Source of the DNA: Candidatus Aminicenantes bacterium
GTDB taxonomy: Bacteria; Acidobacteriota; Aminicenantia; Aminicenantales; Saccharicenantaceae
Assembly (NCBI GenBank): GCA_963727095.1
Contig: CAVSEQ010000002.1
Coordinates: forward strand, 184,797 to 248,796
Direction of reading: 5' to 3'
DNA: 64,000 bases
Below the pieces are notes generated by a model. That model had not been told where the DNA came from, searched no databases, and worked only from the letters and a program-made list of their open reading frames with translations. This document shows positions 20,958 through 30,317 of the stretch, in pieces. How positions within the stretch are numbered: the first letter of the stretch is position 1; each line of letters starts with the position of its first letter. The translations under genes were made by a program, and so were the position numbers.

Positions 20958-22091
20958 ATGAGCGCCGTCGAAATCAGGAAGGTCCAGTCGAAGCGCGACC
21001 TCAGGAATTTCATCCGTTTTCCTTGGCAGGTCTACGCGGGCGACCCGAATTGGGTGCCCCCCCTGATCATGGAGATGAAGGACAAGCTCAATCGGCGCAA
21101 GCACCCCTTTTTCGAGCACGGCGAGGCCGATTATTTCCTCGCCTTTCGGGGCGAGGAACTCACGGGGCGCGTCGCCGCGATCATTGACAGAAGCCATAAC
21201 ACCCGGCACCACGAAAATACGGCCTTTTTCGGCCTGTACGAAAGCCGCAACGATCCTGAGACCGCCCACGCCCTCCTGGATGCGGCGGCGGCCTGGGGTA
21301 TTGAACGGGGTATGGACACCATTCGAGGGCCGATGAATTTTTCGTTGAACGACGAGTGCGCTTTTCTCCTGGAGGGCTTCGACCAGCCGCCGGTCGTCAT
21401 GATGCCCTACAACCCGCCTTATTACCTCGAGCTCATGGAACAATGCGGCCTGGCCAAGGCGAAGGACCTTTATGCCTTCCGGAAGGGCGAGACCCGGCAG
21501 CTATCGGCCAGAACCGCCGACTTCATGGAACGTCTGAAAACCTCGCACTCCTTCACGTTCCGCAAGGTCACCAAGGCCACTCTCATGGCCGACGCCCTGA
21601 ACATCGTCAGGATTTACAATGACGGCTGGAAGAATAACTGGGGGTTCGTGCCGTGGACGGAGAGCGAGATGAAGCATATGGCCAAGAACCTGGGTCAGTT
21701 CGCCGACCTGGACTTGGTCCTCTTCGCCGAGCACGAAGGGAAGACCATCGGCTTCGCCTTCGCTCTGCCCGATTTCAACCAGCTCTTCATCAAAATGAAC
21801 GGCCGGCTGTTTCCGTTTGGGATTTTCAAGTTCCTGGCCGGCCGGCGCAAGGTCACAGGGGTTCGGGCCCTCGTCTTCGGCGTCATCCCTGAGTACATGC
21901 GCACCGGCCTGGCGTACCTTTTGTACGACGAGTTCGAGAAATCGATCCTCGCCAAGGGCTACCACTGGTGCGAACTGTCCTGGCAGCTTGAAGACAACGA
22001 CGCGATCAACCGTTTCGCGGCCTCGATCGGCGCCGTTATCAACAAGAAATACCGGATTTTTGAGAAAAGAATCACACCCGTAGGAGCGTGA
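20958..22091 (+). CDS. GNAT-superfamily N-acyltransferase-like protein
   Basis: I chose the internal ATG at 20958. The N-terminus IRKVQSKRDLRNFIRFPWQVYAGDPNWVPPL is typical of a conserved acyltransferase-like family. The substrate is unknown. Confidence 0.55.
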   Translation: MSAVEIRKVQSKRDLRNFIRFPWQVYAGDPNWVPPLIMEMKDKLNRRKHPFFEHGEADYFLAFRGEELTGRVAAIIDRSHNTRHHENTAFFGLYESRNDPETAHALLDAAAAWGIERGMDTIRGPMNFSLNDECAFLLEGFDQPPVVMMPYNPPYYLELMEQCGLAKAKDLYAFRKGETRQLSARTADFMERLKTSHSFTFRKVTKATLMADALNIVRIYNDGWKNNWGFVPWTESEMKHMAKNLGQFADLDLVLFAEHEGKTIGFAFALPDFNQLFIKMNGRLFPFGIFKFLAGRRKVTGVRALVFGVIPEYMRTGLAYLLYDEFEKSILAKGYHWCELSWQLEDNDAINRFAASIGAVINKKYRIFEKRITPVGA

Positions 22092-22096
22092 GGGAT

Positions 22097-22567
22097 ATGA
22101 AAACATTTCAAGGGAAACTCTTAGCTAAGGGTTTTAAGATCGGAATCGTTGTCAGCCGCTTCAACAGTTTCATTTCCGACCGCCTTCTCGAAGGCGCCAT
22201 GGAGGCCCTGCAGAAGATGGGCGCTCAGGACGCGGACCTGAGCGTCTACAAGGTTCCCGGCTCGTTTGAGGTGCCGCTTGTGGCCAAGAAAATCGCCAAG
22301 GCTAAAGCCGCCGACGGCATCCTCTGCATCGGAGCTCTGATCCGCGGCGACACGCCCCATTTCGATTTCCTCAGCGCCGAGGTCACCAAGGGCCTGGCCC
22401 AAATCGCCATGGAAGACGGCGTCCCGGTTTCATTTGGGATCCTGACCGTCGATACCGTGGAGCAGGGAATCGAAAGGGCCGGCACCAAGGCCGGCAACAA
22501 GGGCTATGACGCGGCCCTCGCCCTCGTCGAGACCCTGAATTTGATCAAGGAGTCGGGTCTCCGCTGA
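22097..22567 (+). CDS. ribH: 6,7-dimethyl-8-ribityllumazine synthase
   Basis: Motifs IVVSRFNSFISDRLLEGA, VPGSFEVP and GTKAGNKG are present. The ribH-nusB gene order is conserved. Confidence 0.9.
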   Translation: MKTFQGKLLAKGFKIGIVVSRFNSFISDRLLEGAMEALQKMGAQDADLSVYKVPGSFEVPLVAKKIAKAKAADGILCIGALIRGDTPHFDFLSAEVTKGLAQIAMEDGVPVSFGILTVDTVEQGIERAGTKAGNKGYDAALALVETLNLIKESGLR

Positions 22568-22588
22568 CCGCGGGCGACGGTACGCACC

Positions 22589-23089
22589 ATGGGGAAACGT
22601 AGGAAAGCGCGGGAGTGCGCCCTCCAAATCCTGTTCCAGATCGAGTTCAACACGTCCGACCCGCGCGAGCTCGTCCAGGACTACTGGACCCATCAGAAGA
22701 CCACACCGGACGTCCGGACCTATGGAGAATGGCTCGTGGACACGATCCTGGCCAGGCGGCCCGAGATTGACCAAGCCATTCAGGCGTCTTCCAAGAACTG
22801 GAGGCTGGCTCGCATGGCCGTCGTCGACCGGACCCTCCTGCGGATTGCCGTCAGCGAGCTCCTCTACGAGCCGACGCTGGCGCCGGCCATCGTGATCAAC
22901 GAGGCCATCGAAATCGCCAAACGGTACGGTGGACAGGAGTCCGCGACATTTATCAACGGCGTTCTCGATGCCGTCAGCCGCCGCCTCAAGCTGCCGCTTT
23001 CGCCGCGGCCTGAAAACGATAAAGAAGGACATCATGAGCAAGAAAGAGGAGACCCTCCAAAAAGGTCAGGAAACGGCGCCGCCCGCTGA
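22589..23089 (+). CDS. nusB: transcription antitermination factor NusB
   Basis: Motifs RECALQILFQIEF and INGVLDAV are present. The gene sits after ribH and its 3' end overlaps the lysS start by 56 nt. Confidence 0.85.
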   Translation: MGKRRKARECALQILFQIEFNTSDPRELVQDYWTHQKTTPDVRTYGEWLVDTILARRPEIDQAIQASSKNWRLARMAVVDRTLLRIAVSELLYEPTLAPAIVINEAIEIAKRYGGQESATFINGVLDAVSRRLKLPLSPRPENDKEGHHEQERGDPPKRSGNGAAR

Positions 23090-24560
23090 GCACGACACTG
23101 ACCAGGAAGTCGCGCGCCGTGAAAAGCTCCGCCGTCTGGCCGAGGCGGGTATCGCCGTCTTCCCCTACAGGGGCGCCCCCGCCCAGGCCATCCATAACGT
23201 CGTCGGCGCGTACTCCCGGCTGTCCAAGGAAGAGCTTGAAGAAAAGAAACAGGCTGTGGAGGTCGCCGGCCGGATCCTGTCTATTCGAAAGATGGGCCGG
23301 GCGACGTTCTTCCACCTTTCCGACGGCCGATCCAGGCTTCAGGCCTATCTCCGCGAAGACGTGGCCGGGGCCCCGGCCTACGAGCTCTTTGCCCTTTTCG
23401 ACATCGGCGATGTCGTCTCGATTCGCGGGACGCTGTTCAAGACGAGGACGGGCGAGCTGACCGTCCTTTGCGATTCCGTCACGTTCCTGGCCAAGGCGCT
23501 GCATCCGCTGCCGGAAAAGTGGCATGGCCTGCAGGATATCGAGATTCGGTACCGGAAGCGCTATCTCGATCTCATCATGAACCCCGAGGTCGGGGACGTC
23601 TTCCGGCTGCGCAGCGCCATCGTAGCCTTTATCCGGCGCTTCTTCGACTCGAGGGGATACATCGAAGTCGAGACGCCGATGATGCACACGATTCCGGGAG
23701 GCGCCCTGGCCAAGCCCTTCAAAACCTTCCATAATGCCCTCGGCCTGGAGCTTTACCTGCGGATCGCTCCCGAGCTCTATCTGAAGCGGCTCGTCGTCGG
23801 CGGATTGGACAAGGTCTATGAGATCAACAGGAGCTTCCGCAATGAAGGGATCGACGCGCAGCACAACCCGGAATTCACGATGCTTGAATTCTATGAGGCC
23901 TACAAGGACTACGGCGACATGATGGAGATGACCGAAGAGCTGCTGACCGGGATGGTGTCCAGCCTCCTCGGCAAGGAGGACGTCACCTTCGGCGAGCAGA
24001 CGATTTCTTTCAAGCGTCCGTACAAGCGGCTGAAGTTCATGGAGGCCCTTGTCTATTACAGCGGGCTCGCGCCCAGCCGTTTTGACGACCGGAAGGGCGT
24101 TATCGCTTTCGCCGAAACCCTGGCTCCGGACAAGAAGCCGCTCACTTGGGGGAAGGCCCTCGACGTGCTCTTCGACCGGTTCGTCAAGGACGCCATCGTC
24201 CAGCCGACGTTCATCACGAATCCGCCCAAGGAGATTTCGCCTCTGGCCAAGGCCGCGCGAGACAACCCGGAGGAGGCCGAGCGATTCGAGCTCCTGGCGG
24301 CCGGCATGGAAATCGCCAACGCTTTCTCCGAGCTCACCGACCCTGCCGAGCAGAAAGCCCGGTTCGAGGAGCAGGCCAAAGAGAAAAAAAAGGGGGACGA
24401 GGAATCCCACGCCCTGGACATGGATTATGTGGAAGCCCTGGAATATGGACTGCCCCCGACGGGAGGGGAGGGCATCGGCATCGACCGCCTGACGATGATT
24501 CTCGCCAACAGGAGGTCGATCCGCGAGGTCATCCTCTTCCCGCTCCTCAGGCCGCGGTGA
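23034..24560 (+). CDS. lysS: lysine--tRNA ligase (class II)
   Basis: The ATG at 23034 is the only in-frame start upstream of the conserved region. The class II motifs YLRIAPELYLKRL, FRNEGID..HNPEFTMLEFY and GGEGIGIDRL are present. Confidence 0.9.
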   Translation: MSKKEETLQKGQETAPPAEHDTDQEVARREKLRRLAEAGIAVFPYRGAPAQAIHNVVGAYSRLSKEELEEKKQAVEVAGRILSIRKMGRATFFHLSDGRSRLQAYLREDVAGAPAYELFALFDIGDVVSIRGTLFKTRTGELTVLCDSVTFLAKALHPLPEKWHGLQDIEIRYRKRYLDLIMNPEVGDVFRLRSAIVAFIRRFFDSRGYIEVETPMMHTIPGGALAKPFKTFHNALGLELYLRIAPELYLKRLVVGGLDKVYEINRSFRNEGIDAQHNPEFTMLEFYEAYKDYGDMMEMTEELLTGMVSSLLGKEDVTFGEQTISFKRPYKRLKFMEALVYYSGLAPSRFDDRKGVIAFAETLAPDKKPLTWGKALDVLFDRFVKDAIVQPTFITNPPKEISPLAKAARDNPEEAERFELLAAGMEIANAFSELTDPAEQKARFEEQAKEKKKGDEESHALDMDYVEALEYGLPPTGGEGIGIDRLTMILANRRSIREVILFPLLRPR

Positions 24561-24570
24561 GGCTTAGCCT

Positions 24571-25791
24571 ATGACGTTCGAGTTGTTTGTCGCCCGGCGC
24601 TACCTGACGGCCAGGAGGAAGCAGGCGTTCATCTCCGTCATCACGTCCATCTCTGTCCTGGGCGTCATGATCGGCGTCGCAGCCCTGGTCATCGCCATTG
24701 CCCTGATCACCGGGTTCCAGGAGGACGTCCAGGCCAAGATCCTCGGGGCGACATCTCATATCATGATCTCCGACATCTCCGGAGAGGGTTTGGCCGATTT
24801 TCCGGCCGTCGAAGCAAAAGTCCGTTCTGATAAAAGCGTCGAGGCCGTGACGCCCGTCGTCTATAACACCGTGCTCCTCACGGGCACGGCCAAGACGACG
24901 GGGGCCTACCTAAAGGGCCTGGACTTTAACAAGGAAAAGCCGTCCGCCCTCTGGTTGCGGCAACTCGAGGCCGGGCGCATCCCAGAGCCCGGCGGCGCTC
25001 GTGAAGGGATTCTTCTCGGACGCGAAATCGCCTTCGATATCGGCGCCCAGGTGGGGGACGTGATCGATGTGGTGACCGCTTCATCGACGCTGTCGCCGAT
25101 GGGCCTCTTCCCGAAGCGGAAGAGATTTACCGTCACGGGAATCTTCAATACCGGGCTTTACGAGTTCGACAGGACCACGGCCCTGGTCTGGTTGCCCACC
25201 GCCCAGAAGCTGTTCGGCCTCGAAGGGCGGGTGAGTTTTCTCCAGGTCAAGCTCCGTAATATTTTCGACGCCCCGGCCGTCGCCCAGAGGATCAGGATCG
25301 CGCTGCCTCCGACCGTCTATGTAACGACATGGATGGAACTCAACCGGAATCTGTTTTCCGCCCTGAAGCTCGAGAAGAACATCATGTTCCTGACCATCAC
25401 CCTGATCGTGATCGTGGCCGCCTTGAACATCATCGCCACGCTGATCCTGATGGTCATGGAAAAAACGCGGGACATCGGCGTCCTTATGGCCATGGGCGCA
25501 ACCCCCGGGAGCGTCCGCCGTGTGTTCTTCTACCAGGGGGCCATGATCGGCGTCTTCGGAACGAGCCTGGGCGTTGTCCTGGGCCTGGCCTGGTGCTGGC
25601 TGGCCAATACCTTTGAGCTCATAAAAATCCCTGTGGACATCTATCAGATTTCCTACGTGCCTTTCAGGCTCAGGCCGTTGGACCTTCTGCTCATCGTCGG
25701 CGTGACGCTGGCCATCAGTTTTGTCTCGACGCTCTTTCCGGCCCGCCGCGCCTCCAAGATCGATCCGGTCGTGGCATTGAAATATGAGTGA
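24571..25791 (+). CDS. lolC: lipoprotein-releasing system permease, LolC/LolE family
   Basis: The N-terminus is FELFVARRYL. It has a MacB-like periplasmic domain and an FtsX module, and lolD follows it. Confidence 0.8.
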   Translation: MTFELFVARRYLTARRKQAFISVITSISVLGVMIGVAALVIAIALITGFQEDVQAKILGATSHIMISDISGEGLADFPAVEAKVRSDKSVEAVTPVVYNTVLLTGTAKTTGAYLKGLDFNKEKPSALWLRQLEAGRIPEPGGAREGILLGREIAFDIGAQVGDVIDVVTASSTLSPMGLFPKRKRFTVTGIFNTGLYEFDRTTALVWLPTAQKLFGLEGRVSFLQVKLRNIFDAPAVAQRIRIALPPTVYVTTWMELNRNLFSALKLEKNIMFLTITLIVIVAALNIIATLILMVMEKTRDIGVLMAMGATPGSVRRVFFYQGAMIGVFGTSLGVVLGLAWCWLANTFELIKIPVDIYQISYVPFRLRPLDLLLIVGVTLAISFVSTLFPARRASKIDPVVALKYE

Positions 25792-26479
25792 GATCGTTCT
25801 CAGGGCCGAGAATCTGGGGAAAACCTACCCCCTGCCCAAGGGGGTTTTCCGCGTCTTTGAGGGCCTTGATTTCAACCTCGAAAAAGGGGACTTGGCCGCC
25901 GTCATGGGCGCCTCCGGGGTCGGCAAAACGACCCTCCTCAACATGTTGGGTGCGCTGGACAAGCCTTCGGAGGGCAAAGTGCTCCTGGCCGGAGAGGACC
26001 TGTTCGGCCACACGGAGGAAGAGATCGCCCAAATCAGGAACCGCCGCATCGGTTTCGTTTTCCAGTTTTATCATCTTCTTCCGGAATTCTCAGCCCTGGA
26101 GAACGTCAGCTTTCCCCTCCTCATCCAGGGGCTGCGGAAGAAAGAGGCCTTTGACAGGGCCCTTGCGATCCTGAAAGAGGTGTCCCTGGAGGATAAGGCG
26201 CCTTTCCGGCCCAGCCAGTTGTCCGGCGGCGAACAACAACGGATCGCGATTGCCCGGGCTCTGGCCGCGGAACCCGACATCCTGCTGGCCGACGAGCCCA
26301 CGGGGAACCTGGACTGGAAATCCGGCGAGCAGATCCTCCGGCTGATCCTCGACCTCCACGCGAAAAGGGGTCTTTCGTCGATCATCGTTACGCACAACGA
26401 GAAGATTGCCAAGTACTGTCACAAGCTTTACCTGATGGAAGCGGGCGAACTGAAACTTTTGTCTCTCCCTCCGAGTTAA
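25784..26479 (+). CDS. lolD: lipoprotein-releasing system ATP-binding protein
   Basis: Walker A is GASGVGKTT, the ABC signature is LSGGEQQR and Walker B is ILLADEPT. It overlaps the upstream permease by 8 nt. Confidence 0.85.
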   Translation: MSEIVLRAENLGKTYPLPKGVFRVFEGLDFNLEKGDLAAVMGASGVGKTTLLNMLGALDKPSEGKVLLAGEDLFGHTEEEIAQIRNRRIGFVFQFYHLLPEFSALENVSFPLLIQGLRKKEAFDRALAILKEVSLEDKAPFRPSQLSGGEQQRIAIARALAAEPDILLADEPTGNLDWKSGEQILRLILDLHAKRGLSSIIVTHNEKIAKYCHKLYLMEAGELKLLSLPPS

Positions 26480-26576
26480 AGTCTAAGTGAGGTTCCCCTC
26501 GCGCGTTCCAACCGGCCCGGCCACGGCGGCGGTGTCTTTGAAAAATGTCAGACAATATGATATAAGGAAACGCATT

Positions 26577-28901
26577 ATGAAAAAGTTTTTCCTCGTCCTG
26601 CTGCTCGCGCTGACCCCCGCCGTTCTGTGCGCTCAGGAAATCCTGGAGAAAATCGATATCGTCGGCAATGAACGGATCACTCGGGAAACCATCACCTACT
26701 ACCTGTCGAGCAGGGAGGGAGGCTTTTTCAGCGAAGACCAAGTCCGGCGCGATTTTCGCGTCCTGTGGTCCACAGGCTTTTTCTCCGACATCAAGGTCGA
26801 GCAGACGTCGGGAAGCCGCGGGGTCGTCCTCAAGTTCACGGTCGAAGAGAACCCCATGGTCCGGTCGATCGTCTACAAAACCGGAAAACGCCTCAAGGAA
26901 AACGACATCGTCAGCAAGCTCAAGGAAAAGGACCAGAATGTCCTGGCCTATTCCTATTACAGTCCCTACAAGCTGCAAAAGATCAAGGACACGATCAACG
27001 ACCTCCTGTCCGAGAAGGGCCTTCTGGCCGCCAAGGTGGAAACGGAGCTCCGCAAGCAGGGCAAAAATGACGTCGAGGTCCTGATCCGGATCGACGAGGG
27101 ACCGAAAGTCCGCGTCGGAGACGTGGCCTTCGAGGGCATCACCAAGCTCCCGGCGAGCGATCTTGTCTGGGCCATGAAAGACAACCGGCCTCATACGCTG
27201 TTCAATTGGATCGCCGGCAAGGACGTCTACAAACAGAACAAGGTCAAGGACGACATCGACGGGATCAAGAAGAAGTTCCAGGAACACGGATATATGGAAG
27301 CGACCGTCGGCCCGGCCCGGGTCGAACCCATCTCGGGAAGGACAATCCTTGGGAAAAAGCAGCAGATGATGCGCCTCGTCATTCCCGTCAACCCCGGTTA
27401 TCTCTACCGGGCCGGGGAGGTCAAGATCGAGGGGAACAAGGCCTTCAAGGGCCCGGGCGTCCGGATGATGGTCAAGATCCAGAAGGGGGACATCTACAGC
27501 ACCAAGGCCCGTGAAAAGGCCATCAAGGATATCGGGGAGTTGTACCAGAATTTCGGCTACATCTATGCCCAGATCGTGCCCGTCGAGAATTTGGACCCCA
27601 AGAACAAGGTCGTCAACGTCACGTTCAACGTCTACGAAAACGAAATCGCCTACCTCCACCGGCTGGAGTTCAGGGGCAATAACTACACCAAGGACAAGGT
27701 CATCCGCCGGGAAATGCTCCTTCGTGAAGGCGACCGGTTCAGCCTGGCCATGTTCAAAGACAGCGTTCTGCGGATCAAGCAGCTCGGCCTCGTGGAGGTG
27801 GACAAAGATCCCGACATCAAGCCCAGTGCCGACGACCCGACCAAGATGGACGTCACGGTCAACGTCAGAGAGATGCAGCGGAACAACTTGCAGTTCACCG
27901 CGGGCTACAGCGGTTACGAAGGGACCTTCATCGCCTTCAGCTACTCCACGGTGAACTTTCTCGGCGCGGGAGAGAACCTCGATTTTACGGCGCAGACCGG
28001 AAAGCGCGTGAGAAATTTCTCCTTTGGGTTCACCGAGCCCTATATTTTCGATCAGCCCCTGACGACCGGCTTCAACATTTACGACCGGTACATCAACTAC
28101 CCCCAGCTCTACAACCAGACGACAAGAGGCGTGGACTTTACTCTCGGGGCAAGGATCCTGGGCTATTGGCGGGCGAACGTCACCTACACCATCCAGTTCA
28201 TCAACGCCGGCTACCCTGAAGGCAGCCCGGCCGATCCGAGTTCCTCGAACTATGACCCGACGTATTCGACCCTGTTTTACGGCACGGGCACTTTTCACGA
28301 AGATTCCATCACGCCGACGATCTACCGATCGACGATCGACAGCCCCCTGACGCCGTCGCGGGGCACGTCCTATTCCGCCTCCCTGAAATACGCCGGCTCG
28401 TTCTTCGGCGGCGATATCAACCTGGTGAAGCCTTCCCTCGATTTCGCCCATTACCAGCCTTTTGTCGCCAATCACACTATCGGAATCCATGTGCAATACC
28501 AGTACCTCAAGGCCCTCAACGACAGCAAGGTCCCGTACTGGGAGAAATTCTACCTGGGTGGCGAGCGGTCTATCCGCGGCTACGAAGTCTACTCCATCGG
28601 TCCCCGGACTGCGAGCGGCGGCATCCTGGGCGGCGACAAGTCCCTCGTGCTCAACGCGGAGTATATCATCCCGGTCGGCGGGCCTCTGTACGCCATCTTC
28701 TTCTATGATGTCGGCAACACCGTTCTGTACAGCGAAAAATTCCTCTGGAAGGACATGTACTCCTCCACGGGCTTCGAGGCGCGCGTTTTCGTTCCCGCCC
28801 TGAGAGTCCCATTCCGGCTGATCTTCGCCTATAACAACAAGAAAATCTTTACGGATACGTCGAACTTCGCTTTTCGGTTCGCGGTCGGCACAACGTTCTA
28901 A
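26577..28901 (+). CDS. bamA: outer membrane protein assembly factor BamA
   Basis: I chose the internal ATG at 26577, which gives a signal peptide (MKKFFLVLLLALTPAVLCAQ). POTRA repeats are followed by an Omp85 barrel ending ...FAVGTTF. Confidence 0.9.
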   Translation: MKKFFLVLLLALTPAVLCAQEILEKIDIVGNERITRETITYYLSSREGGFFSEDQVRRDFRVLWSTGFFSDIKVEQTSGSRGVVLKFTVEENPMVRSIVYKTGKRLKENDIVSKLKEKDQNVLAYSYYSPYKLQKIKDTINDLLSEKGLLAAKVETELRKQGKNDVEVLIRIDEGPKVRVGDVAFEGITKLPASDLVWAMKDNRPHTLFNWIAGKDVYKQNKVKDDIDGIKKKFQEHGYMEATVGPARVEPISGRTILGKKQQMMRLVIPVNPGYLYRAGEVKIEGNKAFKGPGVRMMVKIQKGDIYSTKAREKAIKDIGELYQNFGYIYAQIVPVENLDPKNKVVNVTFNVYENEIAYLHRLEFRGNNYTKDKVIRREMLLREGDRFSLAMFKDSVLRIKQLGLVEVDKDPDIKPSADDPTKMDVTVNVREMQRNNLQFTAGYSGYEGTFIAFSYSTVNFLGAGENLDFTAQTGKRVRNFSFGFTEPYIFDQPLTTGFNIYDRYINYPQLYNQTTRGVDFTLGARILGYWRANVTYTIQFINAGYPEGSPADPSSSNYDPTYSTLFYGTGTFHEDSITPTIYRSTIDSPLTPSRGTSYSASLKYAGSFFGGDINLVKPSLDFAHYQPFVANHTIGIHVQYQYLKALNDSKVPYWEKFYLGGERSIRGYEVYSIGPRTASGGILGGDKSLVLNAEYIIPVGGPLYAIFFYDVGNTVLYSEKFLWKDMYSSTGFEARVFVPALRVPFRLIFAYNNKKIFTDTSNFAFRFAVGTTF

Positions 28902-28931
28902 CTTTTCCGGCTCCGGCCGCCCGGCGAGGCG

Positions 28932-29402
28932 ATGGAGAGAGGTTGGCCCGTGATCAATATCGAAAAAATATTAAAATTCCTGCCGCACCGCTTCCCGTTT
29001 CTCCTCGTCGACAGGGTGCTCGCCCTGGAGCCGGGAAAATCCATTGTGGCGCTGAAGAATGTGACCTGCAACGAGCAGTTCTTTCAGGGACATTTCCCCG
29101 AATGGAAGATCATGCCCGGCGTTCTAATCATCGAAGCAGTCGCTCAGGCCGGAGGGATTCTGCTCTTCAACTCCATTCCGGACCCGGAACGCAAGTTCGT
29201 CGTCCTGAGCAAAGTGGACAAGTGCAAGTTTAAAAGGATGGTCACGCCCGGCGATCAGGTGCGGCTCGAAGTGGAATGGATCAGGCTGAAGGGCCGCATC
29301 ATCCACATGCGAGGCAGGGCGCTCGTTGACGGCGAAGTGGCTACCGAAGGCGAGATCTTCGCCACCATTCTCGACAGGGACGACCTCGCCGCTCCCGATT
29401 GA
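28932..29402 (+). CDS. fabZ: 3-hydroxyacyl-ACP dehydratase FabZ
   Basis: Motifs LPHRFPFLLVDRV, HFP..PIMPGVLIIEA and the rest of the hot-dog fold are present. Confidence 0.9.
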   Translation: MERGWPVINIEKILKFLPHRFPFLLVDRVLALEPGKSIVALKNVTCNEQFFQGHFPEWKIMPGVLIIEAVAQAGGILLFNSIPDPERKFVVLSKVDKCKFKRMVTPGDQVRLEVEWIRLKGRIIHMRGRALVDGEVATEGEIFATILDRDDLAAPD

Positions 29403-29423
29403 CGCTCGAAGCGGACGCGGAAC

Positions 29424-30164
29424 TTACTTGCCGCTTAAAAAGAGCGAATCCTCGAGATTGGTATTGAACGTGACCTTGGTCACGGTTATCTTGGCGAAAT
29501 CGGCGCCGTCCTGAACGATCCGGCTTGCGAACGCGACCTGCGTTTCCCCAACTTTTCTGTAATCGTTCGGGTAGCTTTCACTCTTGACCTCGGCTCCGGC
29601 CTGACCCATGGTCGTTGTCTCAAGCTTATAGGTGAGATAGGTGGCGGGGTCGACATAGATCGTTGACTTGTGGCCGTCGGCCATGGTCTGCTCGAGGACG
29701 ATATATTCCTTGTTCTCGAGCTTGGCCTTTGGCTTCAGGGCGTAGACGATGCCGAACTTCTGAGGATTCAGGAATGCCCCATTGCCCATAGCCTGGCGGG
29801 CGAAGTCTTTGTTCTGGGCTTCCGTCATGTCTTCCGTGGCTCCGGTTTGCGGGTTTGTCCACCAGCCCTTCTCGCCCGTGTAGGCCTGGGTGACGACCAT
29901 GCCCATGATTTCCATGTCCATCCTCAACTTGTTGGGCTCTTTCTGATAGATCGTAACGGTCCCGGACATGCCCATCGACGTCAATTCGATCGTCCCGGAC
30001 TCGGTCGTATCTTTGATCGTATCCAGGTTCTTCCGTCCACCCAGGGCGTTGATCATCTTATTCAGGACGTCCTGGGCTTCCTTCGAAGTCTGCGCGGTTG
30101 CCGGCAACGAGGCGAACGAGAGGACGATAACGGCCGCCAGTGTCCAGGCGAATAGCTTTTTCAT
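29424..30164 (-). CDS. secreted protein, possibly LolA-like / outer-membrane lipoprotein-sorting fold
   Basis: It has a signal peptide (ASLPATAQ). It is 246 aa and beta-rich. The fold assignment rests only on general resemblance. Confidence 0.4.
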   Translation of the reverse strand: MKKLFAWTLAAVIVLSFASLPATAQTSKEAQDVLNKMINALGGRKNLDTIKDTTESGTIELTSMGMSGTVTIYQKEPNKLRMDMEIMGMVVTQAYTGEKGWWTNPQTGATEDMTEAQNKDFARQAMGNGAFLNPQKFGIVYALKPKAKLENKEYIVLEQTMADGHKSTIYVDPATYLTYKLETTTMGQAGAEVKSESYPNDYRKVGETQVAFASRIVQDGADFAKITVTKVTFNTNLEDSLFLSGK

Positions 30165-30317
30165 GAGTTCCTCCTAGATTGCTCTTTTAAAACAGGTCAT
30201 CTGTCTGGAATAAAAAAGCCCACCCGTATTCTAAAGGAAAGTTCATATTTTTGCCAATAAAAATGTATGCGGCCCGGGAGGAAGGATGTAAGATGGACGC
30301 GAAAAGGAGAGCCCGTT

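Noticed and set aside
22986-24410. A 474-aa ORF on the minus strand opposite lysS.
   Set aside because: lysS has all the class II synthetase motifs. The antisense translation is compositionally biased and has no motifs.
26388-28496. A 702-aa ORF on the minus strand opposite bamA.
   Set aside because: It is a shadow ORF of a clearly identified BamA gene.
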